DNA of 64,000 nucleotides, from contig WLMD01000001.1 in assembly GCA_009700405.1 (NCBI GenBank), positions 221 to 64,220 on the forward strand. Reading direction: 5' to 3'. Under the pieces are notes generated by a model, which did not search any database, was not told the origin of the DNA, and worked only from the letters and a program-made list of their open reading frames with translations. This DNA comes from Actinomycetota bacterium (lineage in GTDB: Bacteria; Actinomycetota; Actinomycetes; Nanopelagicales; Nanopelagicaceae). The position numbers and the translations under genes are program-made. Below, in pieces: positions 1-10,700 of the stretch; positions within the stretch are counted from its first letter, which is position 1; each line of letters starts with the position of its first letter.

Positions 1-497
1 TGTTAAGAGCCGGCGCGGATAAGATTTCAATTAACACTGCAGCTATTAAGCGACCTGATTTGATCTCTGAAATTGCAGAAACTTTTGGTTCCCAAGTTCT
101 CGTTTTATCAGTGGATGCTCGACGCGCTCGTACCAACTCTGGGTTCGAAGTGACAACTCACGGCGGCCGCGAAAGCGCTGGACTAGATGCGATTGAATGG
201 GTTGAGAGAGCATGCGAACTTGGCGTTGGTGAGATCCTGCTTAATTCAATGGATGCTGATGGCACTCGTGCCGGGTATGACATTGGGATGATTTCGGCGG
301 TTCGTGCAGTTTCATCGGTTCCGCTCATCGCTAGCGGAGGAGCGGGAACGCTGCAAGATTTTGCTGCCGCGTTGGATGCGGGCGCGAATGCCCTTCTGGC
401 AGCAAGTGTTTTTCATTTTGGGGTGCACAGGATTAGCGATATCAAAACGTACCTATCTGAGCAGGGTTATTGCATTCGCGAGAGCGCTCTCGGATAG
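1..497 (+). CDS. hisF: Imidazole glycerol phosphate synthase cyclase subunit HisF (5' partial, runs off the left edge)
   Basis: The frame is open from nt 3 ([23 protein letters not shown]...), so the TTG at 60 in the ORF track is internal. Motifs [13 protein letters not shown] and ASGGAG are present. Stop TAG at 495-497. Confidence 0.9.
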   Translation, partial: LRAGADKISINTAAIKRPDLISEIAETFGSQVLVLSVDARRARTNSGFEVTTHGGRESAGLDAIEWVERACELGVGEILLNSMDADGTRAGYDIGMISAVRAVSSVPLIASGGAGTLQDFAAALDAGANALLAASVFHFGVHRISDIKTYLSEQGYCIRESALG

Positions 498-511
498 GGC
501 AGAATACTCAC

Positions 512-865
512 ATGCATCAGCGCGCAATCCTTCCTGAATCGATTACACGCTTGCTCAAGAGCCCAACTGACCTTATCGCCGCTATCGCTCAAGATCACGT
601 AACGGGTGAAGTTCTCATGCTGGCTTGGATGAATCAAGAAGCTTTAGCTCTCACTATCGCAACGGGGCAAGCCACTTATTGGAGCAGAAGCAGAAATGAA
701 ATATGGGTTAAGGGAGCAACTTCAGGTCACACTCAAAAAGTTATGAATATTTCTTTGGATTGCGATGGAGATGCTCTGATTCTTACAGTCATTCAAGAAG
801 GCGCTGCTTGCCATACTGGCAACCGCACATGTTTTCATCAATCTATTCCGATGGTGACTCTATGA
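512..865 (+). CDS. hisI: Phosphoribosyl-AMP cyclohydrolase HisI
   Basis: Motifs [21 protein letters not shown] and [11 protein letters not shown]...[11 protein letters not shown]. The ATG at 512 lies after the hisF stop, while the track start at 470 would overlap hisF. The stop TGA overlaps the trpE ATG (ATGA). Confidence 0.85.
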   Translation: MHQRAILPESITRLLKSPTDLIAAIAQDHVTGEVLMLAWMNQEALALTIATGQATYWSRSRNEIWVKGATSGHTQKVMNISLDCDGDALILTVIQEGAACHTGNRTCFHQSIPMVTL

Positions 866-2346
866 AATTAGAAGAGTTCAGAACGTATGCGAAGGATTAC
901 AACGTAATACCAGTTTTCCGAACTCTGCTGGCCGATAGCGAAACTCCTTTAGGCGTTTATCGTAAATTAGCAAAGAATCTACCTGGAACTTTTTTGCTTG
1001 AATCAGCAGAGCATGGTGGAGTGTGGTCGCGCTATTCCTTTATTGGCGTACACAGTCAAGCAACTCTGACTGAATTAGACGGTAAGGCAATTTGGACAGG
1101 TACAGCACCTGCAGGAGCGCCCACTGGAATTCCACCCCTGGATGCGTTAAGAATTTCTGCTCAGCATCTTCGTTCGCCAAAAATACCTGGTCTACCGCCT
1201 CTCACAGGAGGATTGGTTGGTTATATGGGGTACGAGTGTGTGCGATCACTTGAGAAATTGCCCGAGCACTCAGTGAAGGATCTCCCACTGCCTGATCTGA
1301 CATTTATGTTAACAAGTGACTTAGCTGTGCTCGATCACAGCGAAGGCACAATCACCTTAATTGCGAATGCAATCAATTGGGATGGTAGTGATTCACGAGT
1401 TGACGAAGCATTTGATGCGGCCCAACAGCGCTTGGATCGCATGCAAGAGGATTTGCTTTCTCCACTTCCGGGACATATCGCGCAGTTGGATAAGAGAACT
1501 ACTCCCGAATACCAAAGGAATCTTTCCGAAGATAGTTACATCGCTGGCGTTCTACAGGCTAAGAAGGAAATTGTTTCTGGTGAAGCATTTCAAATTGTCC
1601 TCTCACAACGTTTTTCTATGGATTGCTCAGCCGATGCCTTAGATGTCTATCGAATGCTCAGGCTTCACAATCCGAGCCCTTACATGTTTATGTTGCGATT
1701 GAATGATGGAATCGATGTGGTGGGATCTAGTCCTGAAGCACTTGTTAAAGTGACTGACCGAGAAGTTCTTATTCATCCGATTGCGGGCACGAGGAAGAGG
1801 TCAGATTCGCCTGAAGAGGATCAACGTCTAGGACAAGAACTTCTTGCTGATCCTAAGGAACGAGCCGAGCATTTGATGCTGGTTGACTTAGGACGAAACG
1901 ACTTGGGTCGGGTGTGCGCTCCGGGAACTGTAGAAGTTGTTGAATTCATGCATATCGAACGTTATTCACACGTCATGCATATTGTTTCCACCGTAACCGG
2001 AACACTTGCATCTACATCAACTCCGGTTGACGCACTTTTCTCAGTATTTCCGGCAGGCACTTTATCTGGAGCGCCGAAACCTCGTGCGATGGAAATCATA
2101 GAAACACTTGAACCGACCCGTCGCGGAATCTATGGAGGAGCAGTCGGATATATTGATTTCACTGGAAATATAGATACATGCATTGCCATTCGAACGGCAG
2201 TTCTTTTTGAAAAGAGAGCACACGTTCAAGCAGGCGCAGGGATTGTTGCTGATTCTGATCCAGCATCTGAAAATCAAGAATGCATCAACAAAGCAGCTGC
2301 AGTTCTAGGTGCAATATCCGCGGCCAATAGTTTGCGAACCTTGTAA
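862..2346 (+). CDS. trpE: Anthranilate synthase component I
   Basis: Motifs [46 protein letters not shown] and GAVGY. The ATG at 862 ([18 protein letters not shown]) forms an ATGA overlap with hisI. The track start at 760 is an out-of-context N-terminal extension inside hisI. Confidence 0.9.
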   Translation: MKLEEFRTYAKDYNVIPVFRTLLADSETPLGVYRKLAKNLPGTFLLESAEHGGVWSRYSFIGVHSQATLTELDGKAIWTGTAPAGAPTGIPPLDALRISAQHLRSPKIPGLPPLTGGLVGYMGYECVRSLEKLPEHSVKDLPLPDLTFMLTSDLAVLDHSEGTITLIANAINWDGSDSRVDEAFDAAQQRLDRMQEDLLSPLPGHIAQLDKRTTPEYQRNLSEDSYIAGVLQAKKEIVSGEAFQIVLSQRFSMDCSADALDVYRMLRLHNPSPYMFMLRLNDGIDVVGSSPEALVKVTDREVLIHPIAGTRKRSDSPEEDQRLGQELLADPKERAEHLMLVDLGRNDLGRVCAPGTVEVVEFMHIERYSHVMHIVSTVTGTLASTSTPVDALFSVFPAGTLSGAPKPRAMEIIETLEPTRRGIYGGAVGYIDFTGNIDTCIAIRTAVLFEKRAHVQAGAGIVADSDPASENQECINKAAAVLGAISAANSLRTL

Positions 2347-2516
2347 TGGTGCTCTTTTTAAGCATCTCTGTCGCCTTAATTGTCTTAGCCGTTCTAGGGG
2401 TTCGACGAATTTCCAGATTACCTTCTCGCTATGAAAGAAAACCACGACAGGCGACACCATGGCTCGCCCTCGATCAGGGGATAGATCCTTCTGAAAGTAA
2501 TGACACAAACTCGTGA
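2346..2516 (+). CDS. Small (56 aa) single-pass membrane protein, likely a minimal relative of the Trp-operon-associated membrane protein family
   Basis: Not in the ORF track because it is under 60 aa. My translation is [56 protein letters not shown]. Its ATG overlaps the trpE stop (TAATG) and its TGA overlaps the trpC GTG (GTGA). It has an N-terminal hydrophobic helix followed by a basic stretch. Other Actinobacteria carry a membrane protein gene at this same trpE/trpC position. Confidence 0.6.
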   Translation: MVLFLSISVALIVLAVLGVRRISRLPSRYERKPRQATPWLALDQGIDPSESNDTNS

Positions 2517-3286
2517 GCGTCCTTGATGAAATTATTGCGGGAGTGCGCGAAGACCTAGACCGCAATCGACTTAGTTTGGCGCAGATTCACGAGATGGTGG
2601 AATCTGCATCTCCTGCTAAAGATGTCATAAACGCTTTTAACTCGGATGGATTATCAATTATCGCTGAGGTAAAACGTTCATCTCCCAGCAAAGGAGCACT
2701 TGCAACAATTGCCGATCCTGCAGCGTTAGCTAAAGTGTATGAAAGCGCGGGCGCGAGTGTTGTCAGTGTCCTCACAGAACGTCGTCGCTTTGGCGGCTCC
2801 CTTGATGACTTAGATGCGGTGCGAGAGAGCATAAGCATCCCGGTGCTTCGTAAAGATTTTATGGTGGATGAATATCAATTCTATGAAGCACGAGCCCATG
2901 GTGCAGATTTGGTCTTGCTTATAGTGGCTGCGCTTTCTTCTCAACAACTACATGACTTTGCAGCACTGGCAAAGGAATTGTGCATGCAGGCCCTGGTCGA
3001 AGTACACACAGAAGATGAAATGATCCGCGCCCTGGAGATATCACCTTCAATTGTCGGAGTGAATTCTCGAAATCTTAAAACTCTTGAAGTTGACCCGCAG
3101 GTATTTGCTTCTTTGCTCCCGATGATCCCCAAGAATGTTATAGCCGTTGCCGAATCCGGAATTAGCACCCGTGCGGACGCGCTTTTTGCTCAAGAACACG
3201 GAGCACGTGCTCTCTTGGTGGGCGAGGCCCTGGTTCGTGGTTCGGATCCAGATTTGACGCTGCGCACTCTTTTGGGACGAGGGTAG
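2513..3286 (+). CDS. trpC: Indole-3-glycerol phosphate synthase
   Basis: Motifs IIAEVKRSSPSKG, VLTERRRFGGS and LRKDF. GTG start overlaps the upstream small ORF stop. Confidence 0.9.
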   Translation: MSVLDEIIAGVREDLDRNRLSLAQIHEMVESASPAKDVINAFNSDGLSIIAEVKRSSPSKGALATIADPAALAKVYESAGASVVSVLTERRRFGGSLDDLDAVRESISIPVLRKDFMVDEYQFYEARAHGADLVLLIVAALSSQQLHDFAALAKELCMQALVEVHTEDEMIRALEISPSIVGVNSRNLKTLEVDPQVFASLLPMIPKNVIAVAESGISTRADALFAQEHGARALLVGEALVRGSDPDLTLRTLLGRG

Positions 3287-3289
3287 AGT

Positions 3290-4510
3290 TTGCCTCCTAT
3301 GACATCTACACAAAATACGAGCGAGCTTCCTGCCCCTATTGGCCATTTCGGACCCTACGGTGGACGCTTTGTCCCAGAAGCCCTTATTGGCGCGCTGGAA
3401 GAACTTGATGCTGCCCATCAGTCGGCAATGGTTGATCCAGTTTTTCAGGCAGAACTTTCTCACTTACATGCAACATATACAGGACGTCCTAGCATCATTA
3501 CCGAAGCGCTTCGTTTTTCACAACATGCTGGCGGGGCACGAATCCTCCTGAAACGAGAAGACCTCAATCACACAGGAAGCCACAAAATTAATAACGTTCT
3601 AGGTCAAGCGCTTCTCACAAAGCGAATGGGCAAGAAAAGAGTTATTGCAGAAACTGGTGCAGGTCAGCACGGCGTTGCCGCTGCAACTGCTGCCGCTCTC
3701 TTTGGACTTGAGTGCGTTGTGTATATGGGCGAGGAAGATACTCGACGTCAATCTCTCAATGTTGCTCGAATGAAGATTCTTGGTGCAGAGGTAATTCCAG
3801 TTACTGCAGGATCTCGAACCCTCAAAGATGCCATCAACGAAGCCATGCGCGATTGGGTCACCAATGTTGATTCAACGCATTACATTTTAGGAACTGTTGC
3901 TGGACCTCATCCATTCCCAACCATGGTGCGAGATTTCCATAAAATAATCGGCGAAGAAGCACGTGCACAAGTTTTGGAATTGATTGGCCGTTTGCCAGAT
4001 GCCGTTTTAGCTTGCATTGGAGGGGGCTCTAACGCAATCGGAATTTTCCACGAATTCATTCCAGACGCCAACGTACGATTGATTGGTTTTGAAGCAGGAG
4101 GCGATGGAGTTGAGACAGGTCGTCATGCTGCAACTATTACCGGAGGATCACCTGGAGTACTTCACGGAACTCGCTCATATGTTTTGCAAGATGCGAATGG
4201 GCAAACAGTTGAGTCACATTCAATTTCTGCAGGATTAGATTATCCAGGGGTTGGCCCAGAACATGCATATTTGCACGACATAGGGCGTGCTGAATACCGT
4301 GCGATCACAGATAAACAAGCAATGGAAGCCTTTGACCTTCTCTCTAAGACTGAAGGAATAATTCCTGCGATTGAATCTGCTCACGCGTTAGCGGGTGCAA
4401 TGATTGTAGGTAAGGAGTTAGGCCCAGAAGCAGTTCTTCTAATAAACCTTTCAGGTCGCGGAGATAAAGATGTTGAAACCGCAGCACATTATTTCGGAAT
4501 CCCTCTATAA
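3290..4510 (+). CDS. trpB: Tryptophan synthase beta chain
   Basis: [16 protein letters not shown] (PLP lysine) and GGGSNAIG. Start is TTG at 3290 or ATG at 3299. Confidence 0.92.
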   Translation: MPPMTSTQNTSELPAPIGHFGPYGGRFVPEALIGALEELDAAHQSAMVDPVFQAELSHLHATYTGRPSIITEALRFSQHAGGARILLKREDLNHTGSHKINNVLGQALLTKRMGKKRVIAETGAGQHGVAAATAAALFGLECVVYMGEEDTRRQSLNVARMKILGAEVIPVTAGSRTLKDAINEAMRDWVTNVDSTHYILGTVAGPHPFPTMVRDFHKIIGEEARAQVLELIGRLPDAVLACIGGGSNAIGIFHEFIPDANVRLIGFEAGGDGVETGRHAATITGGSPGVLHGTRSYVLQDANGQTVESHSISAGLDYPGVGPEHAYLHDIGRAEYRAITDKQAMEAFDLLSKTEGIIPAIESAHALAGAMIVGKELGPEAVLLINLSGRGDKDVETAAHYFGIPL

Positions 4511-5314
4511 ATGAGCACTCCACTCGAAGAGGTTTTCGTTAAGACTCGATTAGAAAATCGTGCCGCCCTCATTGCATATATCCCGGCAGGATTTCCTTCA
4601 ATTGAAGGATGCAAACGAGTTATTGAAGTATTGGCTCAATCAGGGGTAGATGCCCTGGAAATCGGCTTTCCATATAGCGATCCAGTGATGGATGGACCGA
4701 CGATTCAAGAGGCTGCCGGTATTGCGCTTGAAGCTGGTACGGGTTCGTCGGAAGTTTTTGAGACTGTTAAATATGCCCACGATGCCGGACTTGCCACTGT
4801 TGTCATGACGTACTGGAATCCCATCGAGAAGTATGGGGTCGAGGCCTTCGCGCGAGAGATGGCTAACAATGGAGGATCGGGTGTTGTGACCCCCGATCTC
4901 ACAATTGAAGAATCTGCCCAATGGAAGGCAGCTACAAATGCATTCGGAGTGAACACTATTTATGTTGTTGCACCAAGCACTAAGGGTGAGCGTTTAGCGC
5001 AAGTGACTGCACAATGTTCTGGATTTGTTTACGCAGCTTCACTCATGGGGGTCACAGGTGCTCGCTCAACGATTTCTTCTGGAGCACATGACTTAGTAAC
5101 TCGAATACGAGCAACAACGTCAATGCCCATTGCCGTTGGCCTAGGTGTTTCCACCCGAGAGCAGGCGCGTGATGTCGCAGGCTTTGCCGATGGAGTTATT
5201 GTGGGTTCGGCTTTCATTAAGATTATTCTCGAGGCTAAAGATGAGAATTCCGCCTTGCGTGAGGTAAAGAATCTTGCGCAAGATTTGGCTGCAGGGGTTA
5301 GAGAAGGCAGGTAG
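4511..5314 (+). CDS. trpA: Tryptophan synthase alpha chain
   Basis: LEIGFPYSDPVMDGPTIQ. The ATG immediately follows the trpB stop. Confidence 0.92.
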   Translation: MSTPLEEVFVKTRLENRAALIAYIPAGFPSIEGCKRVIEVLAQSGVDALEIGFPYSDPVMDGPTIQEAAGIALEAGTGSSEVFETVKYAHDAGLATVVMTYWNPIEKYGVEAFAREMANNGGSGVVTPDLTIEESAQWKAATNAFGVNTIYVVAPSTKGERLAQVTAQCSGFVYAASLMGVTGARSTISSGAHDLVTRIRATTSMPIAVGLGVSTREQARDVAGFADGVIVGSAFIKIILEAKDENSALREVKNLAQDLAAGVREGR

Positions 5315-5375
5315 TGCGCTAATCTAAGCCTTGAATTTCTGAGAAACCCAACTCACCAAAGAAAGAGGATTACAA

Positions 5376-6047
5376 GTGGCGCAACAACCTGGCGGAGATA
5401 AAATCACAAGAAATATTGTGATCGGGATGGTTGTACTAGTTGTTGCTGTTGGTGTTGCATTCTCTGTGCTTGGTAATAAATCAATTGGGAACGCTGCAAT
5501 TCCTTCGAGCGTATCTAAAGCCGATGGTTATGGAATAGTTTTTAATGCTGACCTAAAGAACAAACCAGTTGTTGATTTGTGGGAAGATTTTCAATGCCCA
5601 ATATGTGCTCGATTTGAAGCTACCAACGGGGCGTACATACAGACATTAATCTCCGAAAAGCGCGCAAAAGTTGTCTTTCATATTCTTTCATTTATCGGGC
5701 CAGAATCGATTCTTGCCGCAAATGCTGCTGCTTGCTCAGCTGATGAGAGTAAATTCTTGCAGTATCACTCTTACCTTTATGCCAATCAGTCAGCTACTGA
5801 GAACTCAGGGCTCTGGTCAAATGAGCGTCTCATCGCATCAGGTTCAGATTCAGGTATAACGTCGTCGACCTTCAAGTCATGTATCTCTGGTGGAAAATAT
5901 GCTGCGTGGGTTGGAAACGTTGCAAAAGATGGGGAGAATAAAAAGATTGATTCCACTCCCACCGTTTATGTAAATGGGAAAGTAATCGATCGAAATACGC
6001 AGTATTTTGATCCCATTGCATTCGCTAAAGCTGTCGAAGGCAAGTAG
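5376..6047 (+). CDS. Membrane-anchored DsbA-like thiol:disulfide oxidoreductase (thioredoxin fold)
   Basis: N-terminal TM helix (IVIGMVVLVVAVGVAFSVL) and a CxxC motif (FQCPICARFE). GTG start preceded by AAGAGGA. Confidence 0.75.
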   Translation: MAQQPGGDKITRNIVIGMVVLVVAVGVAFSVLGNKSIGNAAIPSSVSKADGYGIVFNADLKNKPVVDLWEDFQCPICARFEATNGAYIQTLISEKRAKVVFHILSFIGPESILAANAAACSADESKFLQYHSYLYANQSATENSGLWSNERLIASGSDSGITSSTFKSCISGGKYAAWVGNVAKDGENKKIDSTPTVYVNGKVIDRNTQYFDPIAFAKAVEGK

Positions 6048-6056
6048 AGATACTTA

Positions 6057-6887
6057 ATGCAATTCTTTATCCCCACACCAAGTAAATCTTTGGTGGGGAT
6101 AGGGCCCTTTACTATTCATTTTTATGCCCTCTGCATTATCGCCGGAATTGTTATCGCTATTTGGTTAGGCGACAAAAGATTTCGTAGATTTGGTGGCGCT
6201 CACAATGTTGTTGCAGATGTTGCAATTTTTGCTGTCCCGGCAGGGATTATTGGCGGCCGTTTGTATCATCTCGTTACCTCACCAGATGCTTACTTTGGCA
6301 GCCATGGTCACCCTCTAGATGCATTCAAAATTTGGAACGGTGGACTGGGTATCTGGGGTGCAATCGCACTAGGCACATATGTCGCTTTCTGGAAGTTCAA
6401 TCAACTCAATAAATCTGGCAAAACTGGCGTTCGTTCATTCGCGCTCTTTGCAGATGCTCTTGCACCAGGCGTGCTCTTTGCTCAGGCTATCGGCCGATTT
6501 GGGAATTGGTTTAACGGCGAATTATTTGGCAAACCAACGACATTGCCATGGGGATTAGAAATTCCGCCTTCACTGCGCCCGGCTGGTTACGAACAATTTT
6601 CGACCTTCCACCCGACTTTTCTCTATGAATCACTGTGGTGCATTCTGATGGCAGCGCTATTGATGAGGCTAGAAAAATCTTTCAAGCCAGGGCAGGGCTT
6701 TATTTTCTATATCGGCGGATATTGCTTAGGCAGATTCTTCTTCGAAATGTTGCGTATCGATTCTGCTCATACCTTTGCTGGTCTGCGAGTAAATGCGTGG
6801 ATGAGTCTTCTCATTGCAGGCGCGGCTGTGACACTTTTCATCAAAGCGGGACGTAGGAGTTCTCCCGAAGAATCGGGTAACCTTTAG
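6057..6887 (+). CDS. lgt: Prolipoprotein diacylglyceryl transferase
   Basis: Motifs GGRLYH and GRFGNWFNGELFGKPT, polytopic membrane profile. The position after trpA matches other Actinobacteria. Confidence 0.9.
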   Translation: MQFFIPTPSKSLVGIGPFTIHFYALCIIAGIVIAIWLGDKRFRRFGGAHNVVADVAIFAVPAGIIGGRLYHLVTSPDAYFGSHGHPLDAFKIWNGGLGIWGAIALGTYVAFWKFNQLNKSGKTGVRSFALFADALAPGVLFAQAIGRFGNWFNGELFGKPTTLPWGLEIPPSLRPAGYEQFSTFHPTFLYESLWCILMAALLMRLEKSFKPGQGFIFYIGGYCLGRFFFEMLRIDSAHTFAGLRVNAWMSLLIAGAAVTLFIKAGRRSSPEESGNL

Positions 6888-6889
6888 GC

Positions 6890-7615
6890 ATGTCACCACA
6901 CTCTCGTCAGGCTCTCGAAGAGGTTTACCAGAGGAATCTAGAACATCGGACACATCGAGCAGGTTGGCTACGCGCCGCAGTGCTTGGCGCTAACGACGGC
7001 CTCGTTTCAACTGCATGCCTCATGATTGGTGTTGCGGCGGCAAGTGCGCCGAAGTTTCTTGTAACCGTTGGAATTGCAGGCATCGTTGCTGGCGCTATGT
7101 CGATGGCCGTGGGTGAATATGTTTCAGTGCGTTCTCAAAATGATATTGAAGAGTCTGATCGCCTTTTGGAAATTGAGCATTTAGCTGCTGCGCCAGAAGC
7201 TGAGTTGCTCGAACTCGAACACATCTACATTGATCGGGGATTGACTCAAGAGTTGGCTCATCAAGTTGCAGTAGCAATGCACGAGAAGGATCCGCTTGCG
7301 GCTCACCTTCGTGATGAATTAGGCCAACATCCGCACTCGAAGGCGCGCCCGATTCAAGCATCAGTTGCCTCGGCTACAAGTTTTATTATCGGAGGACTAA
7401 TTCCTTTTGCTGGTGCATTTGCCCCAACACCTGGAGCTAAGGCCTGGAGTATCGTAACTTTCGCCATGGTTGGATTAGTTGTCACAGGGGCAATAAGCGC
7501 AAAGAGCTCGGGCGCTCCACTGTTCAACCCAACCTTGCGCGTAGTTATTGGTGGCGCCTTGGGTATGGCGATTACGGCAGGTATCGGCTCCCTCGTACAT
7601 ATGAGCGGCATCTAA
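6890..7615 (+). CDS. VIT1/CCC1-family (Fe/Mn) transporter
   Basis: GANDGLVST motif, an acidic helical middle region and C-terminal TM helices. Confidence 0.75.
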   Translation: MSPHSRQALEEVYQRNLEHRTHRAGWLRAAVLGANDGLVSTACLMIGVAAASAPKFLVTVGIAGIVAGAMSMAVGEYVSVRSQNDIEESDRLLEIEHLAAAPEAELLELEHIYIDRGLTQELAHQVAVAMHEKDPLAAHLRDELGQHPHSKARPIQASVASATSFIIGGLIPFAGAFAPTPGAKAWSIVTFAMVGLVVTGAISAKSSGAPLFNPTLRVVIGGALGMAITAGIGSLVHMSGI

Positions 7616-7645
7616 GAGTTAGTCATCTGGTGGCACTCTTGCTAC

Positions 7646-7683
7646 CCTAGTCACCTAGTAATTGACCTAACAATTTTCTAGGC
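7646..7683. promoter_or_regulatory. Cluster of CCTAG(T/A) repeats upstream of gltB (candidate operator)
   Basis: CCTAGT at 7646-7651 and 7654-7659, CCTAA at 7666-7670 and inverted CCTAGA (TCTAGG) at 7678-7683, all within the 127-nt gltB upstream region. Confidence 0.3.
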
Positions 7684-7742
7684 AAGAATCTTCAAGGGCC
7701 ATTGTTGTCCCGCAACTTCATCGGACAACAGGAGCGCCACAT

Positions 7743-10700
7743 ATGTCAGGCCTATCGGATTTTCCGCCTGCTCAAGGTCTCTACGATCCTGCCTACGAAC
7801 ATGATGCGTGCGGCGTTGCAATGGTTGCGACTCTCAACAAAGTTGCAACGCACGAGATAGTTGAAAAAGCACTTACCGCGTTGCGCAATTTGGAACATCG
7901 CGGAGCATCGGGAGCCGAGCCAGATAGCGGCGATGGAGCAGGAATTCTTATTTGCATTCCGGATCTCTTCTTCCGTGAAGTTCTTCCTTTTGAGTTACCT
8001 CAAAACGGTAAGTATGTTGCAGGAAATGTATTCATTAGTGAGAACGAAGATTTGCGACCTGCTATACAGAAGCTTTCAGAAGAGGAAGGGCTAATTGTTT
8101 TAGGGTGGCGAGAGTTACCAACTAATCCTTCAAGCCTTGGTAAAAGCGCGCTTTCGGTTATGCCAAAATTCCAGCAGCTTTTTCTTTCTGGAAAGAATGG
8201 CGAGAGCGGAATCGAGCTAGACAGACTTGCTTATTGCTTACGCAAGCGCGCTGAACATTCTCTCTCAATCTATTTTCCGTCACTCTCGTCGAAAACAATT
8301 GTTTATAAGGGAATGCTCACAACTGGTCAGCTCGAGGAATTTTTTCCGGATCTTTCCGATGAGAGAGTCATTTCTCCATTAGCGCTAGTGCATTCTCGCT
8401 TTTCAACAAATACTTTTCCATCGTGGCCTCTTGCCCATCCATATCGTTTTATTGCTCATAATGGTGAAATCAACACTGTAAAAGGAAATCGCAATTGGAT
8501 GAGGGCGCGCGAAGCTCTTCTGGAAAGTGATTTGATTCCTGGTGATCTCTCACGTCTATTCCCGATTGTTGATGTCGAAGGCAGCGACTCGGCATCCTTC
8601 GACCAGGTCCTTGAATTACTGTATTTAGGTGGTCGATCACTTGCACATTCGATCCTCATGATGATTCCAGAAGCCTGGGAAAACCACACATCAATGAGTG
8701 AAAAACGTCGCGATTTCTATTCTTTCCATTCTTCTTTAATGGAACCTTGGGACGGCCCGGCATGTGTGACCTTCACTGATGGTCTTCAAGTAGGCGCTGT
8801 TCTTGATCGCAATGGATTACGTCCATCCCGATACTGGGTAACAAAGGATGGAATGGTTGTGTTGGCGAGCGAAGTTGGCGTCTTGGATATCCCTGTCGAG
8901 CAAATAGTTCGGAAAGGTCGGCTACAGCCTGGAAAGATGTTTCTCGTAGATATTCAAGAAGGCCGAATTATTGAAGATGAAGAAATTAAGGATCAGCTTG
9001 CCGATTCGGCACCCTTTGGTGAATGGATTCATGCCGGAAAAGTGAAACTTGTGGATTTACCTTCACGTGAGCACATTGTTTACCCTCACTCATCTGTAAT
9101 CCGTCGCCAGCGTGCATTTGGATACACCGAAGAAGAACTGAGGATTCTTCTAACGCCTATGGCAAAAAATGGAGCAGAGCCACTTGGTTCTATGGGCACT
9201 GACTCTCCAATCGCAGCACTTTCCAACCGCCCAAGATTACTCTTTGATTATTTTTCACAACTCTTTGCGCAAGTAACCAACCCACCACTTGATGCAATCC
9301 GTGAAGAGTTGGTGACATCACTTGCGGGCTCGATTGGACCAGAACATAATCTTCTCGACCCTGGGCCTGCTTCGTGCCGTCAGATTGAACTGGACTTTCC
9401 AGTTATCGATAATGACGAACTCGCGAAAATAATTCACGTTAATGCCGATGGGGATCATCCAGGTTTCGGCGCTCATATAGTTCGAGGTCTTTTCTCGGTT
9501 TCCAAGGATGGAGAAGGGCTCCGTACTCGTTTGGCCGAGATACGTTCTGAAGTTTCCCAAGCCATTGAAGAAGGCGCACGATTAATAGTTCTTTCCGACC
9601 GTGATGGAGATGCAGATAATGCGCCAATCCCATCATTGTTACTTACCTCTGCAGTGCATCATCACCTCATTCGCGAAAAGACTCGGACGAAAGTTGGTCT
9701 GATAGTTGAGGCAGGAGATGTTCGCGAAGTCCATCATGTTGCGCTGTTGATTGGATACGGAGCGGCAGCTGTTAATCCTTACTTAGCTATGGAGAGCGCA
9801 GAAGACTTGGTGCTGCAAGGAGTTATTACTGGCATCACGCCTGAAAAGGCGGTTCGTAACCTTATTAAATCCTTGGGCAAGGGTGTTCTTAAAGTTATGT
9901 CCAAAATGGGTATTTCAACAATTGCTTCGTATACCGGTGCGCAAGTCTTTGAGGCGATCGGTCTCTCACATGAGCTCATCAATGAATATTTCACAGGCAC
10001 AACATCTCGTCTTGGAGGCATTGATTTAGATGTCATTGCGCAAGAGACCATTGCTCGACATCACATTGCATACCCACCAGGCGGAGAGATTCCTGGGACG
10101 AAGCGTTTACCAATAGGTGGCGAGTATCAATGGCGTAGAGATGGCGAGCCACATCTTTTCGATCCTGAAACCGTTTTTGCTTTGCAGCACTCAACGCGAA
10201 ATAAGCGCTTTGATATTTTCAAAAAGTACACACGCCGTATTAATGACCAAAGTGTTTCTCTTATGACCTTGCGCGGACTTTTCACTTTTAAAGAAGGCTT
10301 AAGGCCATCAATTTCCATTGACGAGGTGGAACCGGTATCCAGCATTGTTAAGCGCTTCTCAACTGGTGCGATGTCATATGGTTCAATTTCTTTGGAAGCG
10401 CACGAAACAATGGCGATTGCCATGAATCGCCTTGGGGGCAAATCCAATACTGGAGAAGGCGGGGAAGATCCCGAGCGCTACCTTCCAATGGCTAATGGAG
10501 ACTCGAAGCGTTCATCTATAAAGCAGGTAGCTAGTGGTCGTTTTGGTGTAACGAGTGAATATTTAATTAACGCGGATGATATTCAAATTAAAATTGCCCA
10601 AGGTGCTAAGCCAGGGGAGGGCGGGCAACTTCCTGGTAACAAGGTTTATCCATGGATCGCAAAAGTCCGATATTCAACTCCAGGTGTTGGATTGATTTCG

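Noticed and set aside
760-861. Long N-terminal extensions in the ORF track: trpE from 760, tkt to 45858, ctaA to 46934, DUF59 from 52715, SURF1 to 55819, infC from 57683, hisI from 470, gltD from 12232, whiA from 36240.
   Set aside because: Each extension overlaps the upstream gene or has an unconserved, Arg/Cys/Pro-rich composition. A downstream start with a Shine-Dalgarno or a start/stop overlap aligns with the conserved N-terminus of the family.
7640-7685. GlnR box (gTnAc-n6-GaAAc) or AmtR box (CTAT-N6-ATAG) upstream of gltB.
   Set aside because: GTCAC-n6-ATTGA and similar spacings do not match either consensus well enough. I reported only the raw CCTAG repeat pattern.
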